The position numbers and the translations under genes were made by a program. This document shows positions 1 to 13,242 of a DNA stretch of 64,000 nucleotides, one piece after another. Below the pieces are notes generated by a model. The model was not told where the DNA came from. It made no database searches and saw only the letters and a program-made list of their open reading frames with translations. The DNA comes from Octopus sinensis (Eukaryota), in NCBI RefSeq assembly GCF_006345805.1, contig NC_042999.1, positions 91,822,001 through 91,886,000 of the forward strand, read 5' to 3'. Numbering within the stretch: the first letter of the stretch is position 1; every line of letters starts with the position of its first letter.

Positions 1-27
1 TTGACTGAAGATTTGTTCTCTCTTTCT

Positions 28-31
28 CTCT

Positions 32-126
<95 letters not shown>

Positions 127-127
127 G
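28..127. repeat. (CT)n followed by (TA)n compound microsatellite
   Basis: Directly visible dinucleotide runs. Confidence 0.95.
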
Positions 128-528
128 TTTAGCTGAGTTAGCGGTTAAAATAACCGCCTAAGGGATAAAAGTATCCTATGCCCCCATATATAGTAATATC
201 CAATCAAATGCCCTTTTATAAGTTTAGTCATTTACTTAACGTCCTAGGGAGGTACACACGCAACATGACCATTCTCACCATATTCAACCTTTCCTCCTTC
301 TTTTCTTGTCTCTTCTTTTTATTTATATATTTTCCCCTCTGCTGAAGGTCGATGATACAAATCGGTTTTATTACCAGCTATGATATATATTTTTAGCATA
401 ATAATACCAAAGAATATTGGCAGCAGAAACAGCTATTAGATGAGATGCAGTCTTTTTGTAAATAATTAATAAATAATAATTGATGCAAATCAAGTGAAGT
501 TCAATAATATTATCTTCATTTTCTGTTT

Positions 529-530
<2 letters not shown>

Positions 531-594
<64 letters not shown>

Positions 595-635
595 TATAGA
601 TATATAGATATATAGATATAGATATATAGATATAT
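531..635. repeat. (TA)n/(GATATA)n microsatellite
   Basis: Directly visible; it produces the spurious IYIYIY ORF 490..675. Confidence 0.95.
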
Positions 636-1749
636 GTGTACATATGTATATACCCCAATATAAATATAAATTCATCAGTATTATTTTAATGTAAAATTAT
701 ATTCAAATTGAAGTTATTTGGTTTCTTCTTGGAAGAAACGTAGCATGCATGTTATGCCGAGTATTTCCAAACACAACTTTACCTCCCATTTAGAGAAGAC
801 GGCCTAGTGTAATGTTAAGAAATATGCATCAATTTTTAAATCTTTCATTTATCTGCCAGACGTTTCGACAGCAAGAATTGAGAAGGCACATTGTACTGAT
901 AACTCATGCTGCGAACGAATGTTAATTAGATATATCAATTGCGTCTGTAACAAGGTTGGGATCTTCGTATCCAGTATGAAAATAACTGGAATTAGAGGGG
1001 GCGTCTCCTAAGAGAAAAAAGCATCCTCAGCGGTTAGACGACGTCAGAACCGTCGAGTTTGTCTTGCAGATGTGTTAAATTGGAATCTGGCATTGTCAAG
1101 CAGCTCAGCGTGGTTGAGTCTACTATCACATCTTTCTGCTCAAGAGGATATCAGTTAAAATTCATTGTAGTGAAGAGAGGGCAGTTTATGTCCAGTAAGA
1201 TTCGAGAGAATCGTATCAGTTTTGTCGCATTTGTGACGTCCTCAGTCCCAAGGATTCACTGGTGACTGATTTTATAAGGTGTGGTAGTCAGCATGGGCTG
1301 GAGCAAGTTTCTGACATTCACAGCTGCTTCCGTGGACATATCGGGGACCTCTCTGAGGAGGAGAGTAACTGTATTAAACGGTTCTGACGTATGTAGTTAA
1401 ACTTGTGTACCATATTTCTTGTTTTTTTTTTCTCAAATACTATGGGAACCGCCAACGTGAATATTTTATTTTAATCGTGTCAGCTTTTCAATTCAAACGG
1501 GTGACTAATGTCATTTCTTTTTATTTGTTTCAGTTTCTAAGGATATCGTCAGTAGAAGCTTAATCCCACGGAAATGTTAATGATGGAGATATATCATTTT
1601 CTCTTATAACTCTTTCTTCTTTAGTCCTTTTCTTCTTACTTTTTTCCCAAGCTCTAAATATGCTTCCATTCACTTAAATGTTATTTGTCACGTGGGTGGC
1701 GACTGTCTCAGAGTTATTTCCTTTTAATCGAGTCTATTTAAAATGATAA

Positions 1750-2085
1750 AATAAATTCTTCGTCTCCTTCTTCTTCTTCTTCTTCTTCTTCTTCTTCTTC
1801 TTCTTCTTCTTCTTCTTCTTCTTCTTCTTCTTCTTCTTCTTCTTCTTCTTCTTCTTCTCTCCTCCTCCTCCTCCTCCTCCTTCTTCTCTTCTTCCTCCTC
1901 CTCTGCCACCTTCGCTGCCTTCGTCACTGTTACATCATCACTGACATTATCCTTGTTGTCTTTGTCATCATCTGCTAGTATCTTAATTTTCATCTACTTA
2001 TTCTGATCATCATCATCGCCATCACCATCATCATCCTCATCCTCATAATCACCAGCAGCAGCAGCAACAGCAGCAACAGCAGCAC

Positions 2086-2159
<74 letters not shown>

Positions 2160-2160
2160 T
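1750..2160. repeat. Compound trinucleotide repeat tract (CTT)n-(CCT)n-(ATC)n-(AGC)n-(AGT)n
   Basis: Directly visible; it produces the poly-R/E and poly-T/A ORFs. Confidence 0.95.
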
Positions 2161-3759
2161 AGAATATCACTTCCACTCATCTCCATGTTGTTCTTCTCTG
2201 CTCATATTTTCAGTTTGTTCTTGCATGTTAATGATAAGGCAAGTTTTCTTGGAATCCATGCCATAGGTTTACCAATAAAACCTCTCTCTCTCTCTCTTCT
2301 CTCTTCTTTTTCTTTATTTCTAATTTTTAAATTGTCGAGTTTTATACAACACGACTGTTCTTACTCTTTTGTTTGTTCTCGTTTCATATTCAACATATTT
2401 CCTTCTACGTAACCTTCATGTTCTCTTTAATCAGTGTGATCTTCCCGATATTCGGTTTCACCTTATCCCCCAACACAGAACCGAACATAGCATATTTTGA
2501 TTGCTTTTTAATGAAAGAATATTCTTTCTTGTTCTCTATCTTCTATTGCAGGTTTCATTGACATATAACATGCCAATCTCTCATTTGTTTCCTCCTTGTA
2601 TGTCTCTCATACTATTAACGCCTATACCACCAATTCTGTTTTGCTCAATTTTATTCTCAGCATTCTCGAATTTTGTTTCAGTCTAAGACAGAGGTTAGAT
2701 ATCGAAATCTCTTGTAGGCTTTATTATACTAGTGAATGATATAATAAATGCTGAATGTCTGGGATATGACATGTTACAGGGATAACAAAAGGGAAGTAGA
2801 CAGTACGTCGAATAAGTGTGTGTGAGAGTTGCACCAAAATTTTGCAGAGAAGGAAACTTTTGTAGCAACAGTAAAAGAGACAGGTAAAGACCAGAATAAG
2901 CTTCATAAGGCTTTTTGATATTGTTGAGAAAAGGCGTATTTATCTGTTGCGGGAACTGTTATATTTGGAAGTTTGCATCTCTTCTTACATAATTGTAGCA
3001 TAATTAGAATTTTCCCATAGATTGTTATAATGGTTCTCTCAAATGTACCAAATTGATCATGAATCCCAGATAATGGAATCACTCTTCATTTACAGATTTC
3101 TTGACAAATTTCTCACGTAATTACCCCCCACTTCTGCATTGAACACTGAAAAGGGAGATACTATGAAATGACAACGAGAGACTGGGGTCTCTCTTATAAT
3201 ATTCCAATCAAACTACTGTGACTGGTTGCGCTATTCGGTGGCCCGGTCGTGATAAAGTACGGAGTATAAGAGCTAAGTAGTGATGTGTACAAATAGGAAT
3301 TTATTACCAGTACAAATATGCTTCAGGTGAGCTCGAACCCGTGACAAGGATATTCACTGTATTTTGTCATACAGAAAAATTCTTGTAGACAAATAGGTGG
3401 ACCATTACCAAGATCGATGGACAGATGAATTTCGGAGTAGTTATCTCCTCTTCAGTATCGAACGTCAGAAATGACAACGTGTGACCAGATGTCCCTTATC
3501 ATGTTCCAGTCAAAATTAAGAGGAAATAACTGCTCCGAAATGTACGCATCCATCGATTTCGGTAGGGGATGCTTCGAGCTCATGTTTGTTTACAGCGGAA
3601 GGTTTTCTTCATGAAATACCATTGCTTAGCCTTTCAAATCCGTAATATATACATATACACACACAAACACACACACGCACACGCACACACCCACACGCAT
3701 ACACACACACACACACACATGTATACACACACACATATATATTTCAAATTTATAGACAA

Positions 3760-3900
3760 CAAAAGACGAAGACAGGTGTAGAAACAAGAAGCAGGTGTAT
3801 TAGTTTAACACTCGGGAAAAATGGTAAAAGTCCCTTACGTTTCGAGCCTACGCTCTTCAACAGAAAGGATTAAGAGAAAAATATCGAAAGATGAAAAAAA
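3760..3900 (-). repeat. PLE pseudo-LTR-like dispersed repeat with a variant hammerhead-like motif
   Basis: The minus strand reads CTTTCTGTTGAAGAGCGTAGGCTCGAAACGTAAGGGA; the same first 21 nt recur on + near 40180. Confidence 0.45.
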
Positions 3901-5140
3901 GTACCCTATTTTTCGAGGGCTTAGATTGTTTTATCTATCCGTCTCCTCTTACTTGGTACTTAAATCCCTTTCTAAATTTTATTATTTAATATACAAAATA
4001 TAATAATATATAAACTTTACTAAATTTGGATATACATTTTTCCCTTCTGTATCCTTAATACCTACTTAGATTTCATTGTGACCTCCTTTGTTTTCTACTT
4101 TAGACCCCATTTAATTGATAATCATGAAATAGTTTCAGTCACTCCTGCTATTCCTCTTTCTGATTATCACCTATATACCATTATCTTGCAAGCATTTTCT
4201 GAGACCTGTTCATTTATGCAGACATAACGAATTTATAGTCACAGTAAAATAGGAGTAGGGAAGAATATCTGACATTAATTAATTTATCACCAGCAACAAG
4301 AACTTAACTGTCAATTCCCAATGGTTTTAATTCTAAAGAGATGTAAAACACTTGCTGCATTAGATCTTTTGATTGCGATAAAGATAAAGGTGAATGTAGC
4401 TATATCACCATTAGTCTTTCTTGACCCCCATTGTTATTTTCTTCTGCCACTCTAAATTACAGTAGGCTTTAAGTATCTTCTCCCTATATTCATTCTGCTA
4501 CAATAATAGCAATAAGCAATGTAATTCCTTTTTCTCACTAGTTCTGATGAAAAATTTGCTAACTGATTATAATGGAGTATCCTGTATGTTGAAAACCTAT
4601 ATGGTCTTATGGGTCCGAAGAGAGCGGTTCATTTCAAATTAATGTAATGCTTGCATTGATCGATTAAATGGAGCTGCTTGAAACGGCCATAATGCACTGA
4701 TACCTGGACATCCTTGTTACTTATTTGCTTTATATATATATATATATATATCATTGTTATTATGTTAAACTGTCGTATGTTCAAATTTGGCCAAATACAG
4801 TTTTTGAATATCTAATTTCTTCCAGTAGCCGGTTCTTTTGATCAAACTATCGTATTTCCAGCTGCTTCAGATGCCAAGATATGAAAATTGTCAGAGTAAC
4901 GCAACGGTTTAGCATTTTTGAAAAATGTAGTAACTCCGACACATGACAGTTTTGCAAAAATATTTCTGGCAGAAAATACCATACATGCTTGGGGTTAGGA
5001 ATTTATGCACCCAACAAAGTATTGTTGTTAAGATGAAACAGTTGCTAATGTAAAAGGAAATAGAATGGTGAAACTATTTTTTTTGTTTTCTGGAAAAGCA
5101 ACGTTTTGGACTTACGTGAGGTTTGTATAATAGCATCGAT

Positions 5141-5183
<43 letters not shown>

Positions 5184-5189
<6 letters not shown>

Positions 5190-5304
5190 ATCACGTGATC
5201 ACGTGACCGACCAGACCATCAGATGTTGTTACACATCGCTGGTCACAATGCGTTCGCATTGTTTTAGCCTTCAAATGACGCCACCCCGCTGGCTAAGCGA
5301 ACAG

Positions 5305-5341
<37 letters not shown>

Positions 5342-5456
5342 ATCACGTGATCACGTGACCGACCAGACCATCAGATGTTGTTACACATCGCTGGTCACAA
5401 TGCGTTCGCATTGTTTTAGCCTTCAAATGACGCCACCCCGCTGGCTAAGCGAGCAG

Positions 5457-5459
<3 letters not shown>
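5184..5459 (-). mobile_element. Two tandem 124-bp copies of a SINE 3' fragment ending in a (CACGTGAT)n tail
   Basis: 5184-5307 and 5336-5459 differ at one visible position and are separated by (TA)n. SINE identity is recalled from octopus repeats. Confidence 0.75.
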
Positions 5460-5523
<64 letters not shown>

Positions 5524-5524
5524 T

Positions 5525-5564
<40 letters not shown>

Positions 5565-5566
<2 letters not shown>

Positions 5567-6372
5567 CGGCTAATATTTGCAGACGACAGGGTACCAGCTA
5601 CATGGCTCACGGGTGTTCCGATCTCCAGCAATTACTGAATTAGTTCGGTGCTGAATGCTACAAGGCTAGAATGGGAATTACTGTTGCGTAGACCGAGACC
5701 TTAGTCCTCACGAGAAAGACTTTCCAATACACTCTAGAAGATCATTGATGCAAGTGTTGGAGTTTAAGTATCTCTGATCATATTCACAAGTGATGGAAAG
5801 CATGAGAATGAAACTGAGTTCTAAAATTGCATGTGTTTTCAGAGTAATGCACTAGCTCCAGTATTTAATTCTTAAAAGAGGAGAAGTTAATAAAAAGGCC
5901 TGACTGGCAATCTTCAATCCGATTTTCCTCACCTACGACCATGAATGTTGGGTAATGACCGAAAGAGTACTATTAAGAATACGAGCAGCCGAAATGGTAT
6001 CCTCTGAAAGCCCTCTATGTAAGGTTATTTGGCATGTCGGATATCAGAGAGTCTCTCCAGGTCAAATCGCTTCTTTTCCGTATTGAGAGGTCGCAGTTCC
6101 AGTACTACAGATATGTGAGCTGAATGTCGTTGGAGAGAATCGCAAGACGAATATCTGAGGCCAAGCCAACGAACAACAGACCTAGGAGTAGACCAAGAAC
6201 GAGACGGTTGGATTATATCCGTAATTTCAGTTGGTATTACCTGGGAATTCAACCGGAAAGTCTAATGACAGTTGCTTCTGGGAGGACCCTAAGGAGGAGG
6301 TGCCTAAGGACTATACCCACAAAAAATCTCACTGGGGTATTGGGCAAAGAATATGGATGAATAGATAGATGG
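5565..6372 (+). mobile_element. 5'-truncated RTE-clade (Rex3/Expander-like) LINE, RT C-terminal part, pseudogenised
   Basis: Frames give LIFADD, LTYDHECWVMTERV..RIRAAEM, RIERSQ, and MSLERIARRISEAKPTNNRPRSRPRTRRLDYI; ends in a GATG/GATA tail. Confidence 0.85.
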
Positions 6373-7157
6373 AGGGGGGGAGGGGGATGGGTAGCTATAT
6401 CAATTTTTGAGTCTACTCAGTATTTTATTTCTTGCTCAGTTTTCTTTTTCACTATTTTTCCTTAAAAGCACAATTCCTGAAATTTTTCAGTTTTAAGCAT
6501 GCTGTTCACTGTTTTTATCTGTAATCTCATTCTGTATCTTTGTTCAATTTTCATATGTCTGTCTCGCTCTCACGTTATAAAATTTCGCTTTGACATAGCA
6601 GGATCAATAATCCCTTCTTCGAAACTAATGTGCTTATATTGATAATGCACACTTTGTGGAACTCCGACAGGAAAGTGATGCAAATTCACTGAATGTTATC
6701 CATACAGAACCTTATATGAACCAGAAAATAAATTCAGAGCATAAAGTTAATTAATAAATGAATGACAAAAGATGACAAAAATAGGTGATGTATATATGTA
6801 TCTATGTATGTATATATATATAAAATATGTATAATGAAAGACGCAAATAGTCAAAGCTAGTAATAGAAAATATACAAAACGATCCAGAGTGATATATGTA
6901 TATATATAGAATGTCTTTCAACTTAATGAGAAAAATAAGACGAGTTGTACTGACAGGAAAGCATTGTAGTCATTTAGATATTCAGAAAAAATGCAATAAT
7001 TAATATTTTTAATGCTGGAACTAAATTTAAAATTTTAGATAAATCAGGAGCTATGAGACAAGCGACACACACAATAATCAAATAAATAAAAATGGGTGAC
7101 AAGAGAAAGACGAAGACTTCGGATTCCATTGTAAGGGGAGTGAGAAGGAAAATATAT

Positions 7158-7368
7158 TTCTTTATTACCCACAAGGGGCTAAACACAGAGGGGACAAACA
7201 AGGACAGACAAAGCGATTAAGTCGATTCCATCGACCCCAGTGCGTAACTGGTACGTAATTTATCGACCCCGAAAGGATGAAAGGCGAAGTCAACCTCGGC
7301 GGAATTTGAACTCAGAACGTAACGGCAGACGAAATACGGCTACGCATTTCGCCCAGCGTGCTAACGTT
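7158..7368 (-). mobile_element. tRNA-derived SINE, family A
   Basis: Reverse complement of the 46888-47117 copy, including GAGTTCAAATTCCGCCGAGG (B-box-like) and the GCCCCTTGTGGG tail. Confidence 0.9.
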
Positions 7369-7635
7369 TTTTGCGAGGGAAAAGAAAGGCCTTTACAAGG
7401 ATAAATCTGTGTGGGAAGAGGTGGAAGAAAAGAATTCGATAAAGAGAGAGACTGGAAATAAAGGCAAGTGGGTAAGTGGGTGGGGGCGAGTTAAGGGAAA
7501 GACAAAGAGTGAAAGGAGAGAAAGGAAGGGCCATTGCAAGGATAAAACAGTGAAGAGACATGCAGACATAGTCTGTACGCTCATATATTTTTAGACTAAT
7601 GTGTGAATTAGAGGTGTTTTTTCTACTATTTCTAG

Positions 7636-7714
7636 CATTTCATTTACACTTCAAAAGAAGAGATTGACAGCGACAAACTATTAGTTTGTTATGAAAATAA
7701 AATGTATAACACAG
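7636..7714 (+). other. Candidate 79-nt coding exon (HFIYTSKEEIDSDKLLVCYENKMYNT), host gene unknown
   Basis: Acceptor ttttttctactatttctag, open frame, donor ACAG|GTGAGT; no homology recognised. Confidence 0.3.
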
Positions 7715-7924
7715 GTGAGTATATTTGTATGTAAACAAATGTAGATGCATGCAAACATATATAGATAGATGTTATATACGAGTGTATAGCTTTATATAAA
7801 TATACCTGCCTAAATTCCTACCTACCTACCTACCTACATACATACATACACACCTATGTTCATACAAACACAAACATATACAATTATACATATGAGCACA
7901 TATACAGACACACACATATACAAA

Positions 7925-8067
7925 CGTACGTACATACATACATACACACATGCATACATACATACATACATACATACATACATACATACATACATGCATA
8001 CATGCATACATACATACATACATACATACATACATACATACATACATACATACATACATACATACAT
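7925..8067. repeat. (CATA)n microsatellite
   Basis: Directly visible. Confidence 0.95.
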
Positions 8068-8389
8068 GCTGCAAAGAAGGTGATAGAGATATGGAAATAT
8101 AAGCCGAAGGTGTCATATAAAAAGTAAATATCACTAACACTATTTTGCAACATAAAAATTATAGGCATTATACAGTATGGAAATTGGAAACTTTAGAGTG
8201 TGACAGTGAAACTGTTGCATTTGGATAATTTCTCCAAATCATGCAGCCTTACTTAGAATTGCATGTAAACACGAATATATAGATCCTTTTAAGTATTAAT
8301 TTATATGCTTATAATTTACAATACAAACATCATATATATATTGATTGATGTACATATGTGCGTATATGTATTATACTATGGGATATAAG

Positions 8390-8423
<34 letters not shown>

Positions 8424-8572
8424 ATATACATTACTTTTTTCAATTAAATTTGTTTTTATTTTTCACCATTAAAAGTCTACAAAGGCAGATAGATACTAAA
8501 ATATATTTTTAGTTGTTTTAATTGTTGCTGTTTTTATCTTTTTATATACGTTTTAAATAAATTCAAATTATG

Positions 8573-8646
<74 letters not shown>

Positions 8647-8949
8647 TTTTGTTTAAACATTCATTTAGATTATATATTTGATATCATGCCTTCACCCTAT
8701 GACGTCTGCGCCATAGGCATTTATATGCATTTACCAGATTTTTGCATGTATGTATTTGTGTATGAGGACGTATGTATATGTACATGATTATGATTGTGTC
8801 TGTGTGTGTGTATGTGTTTATGTGTGTGTGTGAACAAAGTCTGTGTAATTTGTCTCCAGTATATTGACATGTTGTATACATATATGTGTGCGTATCTGTG
8901 TTTATGTTTGCTTGTGTATGCGTGCGTATGCATGTATTTTGGCAAAATT

Positions 8950-9200
8950 TGAGCGTCGTGTGGTGAGTGGCTTAATGGTTTGGGTGAGGACGTACGATTT
9001 TTTTAGATCGTGAGTTCCATTCTTGGTTCTGGCAGTACGTTGGATCCTTGAGAAAGATACTTAATTTCTTTATACTTCAGTTCGATCAGTTCAAAATGAG
9101 TATCAGCAATAGAGGTAGGGTGGATTAACCCTTCAGCAGGCTGCTGTGTTGAGCGATGAGTTTTGTATTCTCAGTCGCTCGGACGATACCGAAATGTTGA
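8950..9200 (+). mobile_element. Old degenerate tRNA-derived SINE
   Basis: A-box-like TGGCTTAATGG, then GAGTTCCATTC and TCCTTGAGAAAGATACTT, matching the layout of the 47640 SINE. Confidence 0.55.
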
Positions 9201-9304
9201 ATGGATTCCATAAGGGACTTTGTAAACTTCAGATAAGACTTGCACGTGTGTGTGTGTGCGTGTGTTCGTATGCATACTCATACGGCTACATGCGTATATA
9301 TATA

Positions 9305-9505
9305 CATGCATACATACATTCATACATACATACACACATAAATACATACATACATACATTCATACATACATACATGCATACATACATATATACATACATA
9401 CATACATAAATACATACATACATACATACATACATACATACATACATACATACATACATACATACATACATACATACCTACATACATACATACATACATA
9501 TACAT
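9305..9505. repeat. (CATA)n microsatellite
   Basis: Directly visible. Confidence 0.95.
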
Positions 9506-11322
9506 GATGCATAACTACGTGTGTGAAGACAGCGAGACAAAATATGAATGTTTGTATTTCTTCCTATGCATACATGTGTGTGAAGGAAGAAATGTTTATA
9601 AGTATAATAATGTAAATATGTATAGGTATCGTTATGTTTACGAATAACGTTATAAGAGATAGATTTATGGACAGATAATAAAAATGTCAAGTGGTTTGAT
9701 AGCCCAAGAGAAACGTATAAAAATAAACGGTAGAAACCGAGAAATCTTGTATTTGCTTTGGTAATTAGTGTTTTTAAACCTTTTCAATTCAAATGTGAAA
9801 AGGATATCAATTATGGCGGATATATATTATCCTACATTGATGGATGAAGAAACATAGATAGATATGTCTCTAAGAGATGAATATAGCTAATGAAATGTAA
9901 CTGTATATAATATATAAATGTATACACAGTAAAGAAATACATACGTATCCACAAGGCACATACATCATAATTGGATTTAACGAGGTATTTCACACCAAAG
10001 CTGCTCCACAAATGTTCATATAAATCAGGAATAAGATGAGACCAAGACATTGTCTCTAACGTAACTGAATAACCGGAACGGGTTTTTGTGATACACGGTA
10101 TATAAAGAAAATGTCTCAACTCGCAATAAGTCTTCCACTAGTTCTGGTTTAAGAAATGCTTCTCTCACAAGCGTAGATTTTCGCACTTTGGTGTTGCAGA
10201 TTGATTTAAAGTGTTCTCCTATGTATAACCTTAGACCAAGTAACGCAGCTTTATTTTATCTATTTGTAATTTTGTATGTGAATGTTGGGGAGAGATGAAC
10301 CGGTCTAATTTTCATATAAAGCGTGCTCCACTTATGTGCTTACCACCAACGACTACAAAACACATTCAATGCACCAATTATATGAGGTAATGGTCCAACA
10401 ATTTTACAGATAATTTCTTATGAAGTTATCGTTCCTCAAGTTGAGGGCTTAAGTCAAATGAAGACAACACACACGCACACATACACAAGGACCGGTGACT
10501 CAAAGTCCCTCTACGTCAATGAACCGAATGTGTAGTCAACAAACATCCTCTGAGGTGGGCTGTGGATGTTCTCTTAGAAATACACATTGGCCTTAACATT
10601 AAGTTGGACATCATCAGTGGCATGATGTATAGAAAGTTTTAAATACAACAGACAACTTAATAGCTCTTACTCAAGTCTGCACTTGTGAAAGATACTATGT
10701 GCAGAAACCATGGTTAATCATTTCCGAACGAGGCCACACATTCGTACACCAATGTGATTAAGTTTCTAATATTATTTCCGCTGAATATTAACCTTTAATA
10801 TAATGTAATATCATAATATCATAAATAATATATCATATGATATATAAATATGTGTATGTGCATATATATATATATACATATATACATATATATAAGAAAG
10901 TGTGTGTATATATGTGTATGTACATATGTATGTATTTGTTATTTCTCTAAATGGCCAATCATATTCATACACACTGTTTCAATTAAATAAATGAATAAAT
11001 AAAACGATAGATAAATAAAAGAAATATTTGTGCAGCCCTCTTTGTGTTTTCCTTAATTTTCTTTGCTGATAGGTGTGATGGTGTTGTTGGATATAAACGG
11101 AAATACAAAATATATTTCGAGTGTCATTTCTAATATATTCTAGATGGATATCTCGTAAAAATGTGCCGCGATTCAAGTTCTAATGTGAAATGCCACAATA
11201 GAATATATTTGAGAAACACTTCAATGAAAAACAACGTTACAAATATTTATATGAAAACAATATACTGTTATATAATTCAATATATATTTTATCTACCACC
11301 TCTCTCTCTCTCTCTCTCTCTC

Positions 11323-11367
<45 letters not shown>

Positions 11368-12296
11368 GTATGTATGTATGTATGTATGTATGTATGTATG
11401 TATATTGAAATACTTTTATGAAAGGGGTTAAAGAAATAAATTCCTATTTAATTAAGGAAGATTTACTCGTACATAGTTTCCTAAATTCAAGGCCTTATCA
11501 GTGACATAGACAATTATATTTGGTGAGTTTTACAAGTGATCGTCAAACGTCAGATATTTAAAACTCCTCTTGTTTCAGAAAGTAAATCGCTTTTAATTGT
11601 ACACAATTCTTATTGCAGCTTTCTACTTCTCTTCACATCAACCAGATAACGGGATTCTAAATTAAGACTACACCAAACAGATGATAATTTTCATGAGACT
11701 AACCTGTTGTTTCTACCAATCGTGACAACTCGTGGTCATTTTAATTACTTCCAATTATTATCTGCTTCACTGATATTATTTATCCAATCATTAAATCATG
11801 CTGTTATTTTTCTTTGTTCCACAGTGAACCTATTGGTGTTAATTAATAAGTCATCTGTCAGTTCTTTGCTGACTAGATTGTATAAATCCCTGAAGAAATA
11901 AAGTAAGAATCTGGCAAGAGAGAGAGGAGGGAGGGTTGTGTGGAATTTCAGTTTTACAGAGAAAGATTTGGACGATTAATTGATTGCCAATCTTTGTTAA
12001 AAGAAGTCAAGCGGATACTGTTGATTCAGGATGATTTTAGGTTACTAGTGTGGAATGGGTAGTTTTTAGTAATAATGTGGCAAAACAGAGTTCAGTTTGA
12101 TGATGAGTTTTTTAATAGAGAACCAGCTATTTGAGAAGTTTACGAAGAGATCGAATGACAAGATGCAAGAGAAGAGTTGTATGGAATTTCATTTTGGAGA
12201 GATACTTATTCCAGTTATCACCCACAAACAAAATCCCACTCACTGATTGTGTCTATGACAAATGGTTCTAATGTAAGGCAAAGCCACATTTGAATC

Positions 12297-12526
12297 TGTT
12301 GTGTGGACGCTTCCAGACGATGAAGTAGGCTAGCCCAATACGTAGATATAGAGGGAGAAGTCTAGACCTCAGTAGAAGAGAAGAGTAGTGTTGAGTAGAG
12401 GTGATACGAACGTGCTACATAACAGGATTTCATAGCTCACACAGCCACTGTGTAGTATTGCGATATAACAGTGGCGACGAGGAGTTCGTAGCTCACACAG
12501 CCACTGTGTAGTATTGCGACATAACA
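12297..12526 (+). mobile_element. Internally deleted LTR retrotransposon relic: 174-bp 5' LTR, tRNA-Ser PBS, last 38 bp of the 3' LTR, GAATC TSD
   Basis: LTR TGTT...AACA at 12297-12470; TGGCGACGAGGA at 12472-12483; LTR end repeated at 12489-12526; GAATC at 12292-12296 and 12527-12531. Confidence 0.85.
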
Positions 12527-13193
12527 GAATCGTTATTCTTCTCCATGATCTTCTCGAATCATGCCTTTAAACGTATGGCAGGTTGTGATATGTACTCCGT
12601 TTCTAGGGTCCTTTACTGTTCTCTCTCTCCTTATTTCACTCGCTCCATCCCTCTCTCTATCTCACCTTCTGAATGAGAATGTGTTTATGCATATTTATAT
12701 GTCGAAATGGCTGCTTTGCCAGTTGTACCAGGTCCAACGTTTCCAACACCTCAATTCCAGGTGTTTATAAGTATAACCTTGAGAGACGCACTACCAAAAT
12801 TTACAAGAGATTCAGAATCGGTTGAACTAACATATATCAAGCACTCATGTATTAGTCCTAGTGAATGAAATTCGAAACTATCTATAGTGGGATTAGAAAA
12901 TACATATTAGCGACAGAAACAATATCAATATTGCTAACGTTATAAACAAGCGTGCATTTTCCACCAAAAGCTTATATGAGAGTTTCTCTCATGGTATCTA
13001 CCGCAGTAAAGTTTATTGCAACGTTTAAGAAGTAATAAATATTACCTCTCAGTGAGATTAGACTCCTGTTTCAACAAACTCAGTATTTTAGGAATATGTA
13101 ATTTTCCTTGTCTCATAAATCTAAAAAAATCTAACGTTCAAGATAAAAAGGTTGTGATGTGCATTCCGTTTTTATGGTTCGTTTCTGTTCTCT

Positions 13194-13242
<49 letters not shown>

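Noticed and set aside
330-445. Possible hammerhead (CTGCTGAAG...GAAACAGCTATT)
   Set aside because: No convincing stem I or II, and the cleavage triplet is degenerate.
760-1400. Decayed coding-like sequence on the minus strand
   Set aside because: Fragments fit either a Harbinger transposase (LLGDAP, VQCAFSILA) or a PLE RT (FILDTKI); too degenerate to call without an HMM search.
2170-3150. Possible old LINE remnant on the minus strand (FHYLGFMIN)
   Set aside because: Only one short motif is recognisable.
4100-4250. APE endonuclease-like PLSDYHL motif
   Set aside because: A single short match with no supporting motifs.
9832-10440. Possible Tc1/mariner remnant (WSHLIPDLYEHLWS)
   Set aside because: Weak similarity; no TIRs found.
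11560-12290. Possible PLE thumb-domain remnant hosting the LTR relic
   Set aside because: Motifs are too eroded to support a call.
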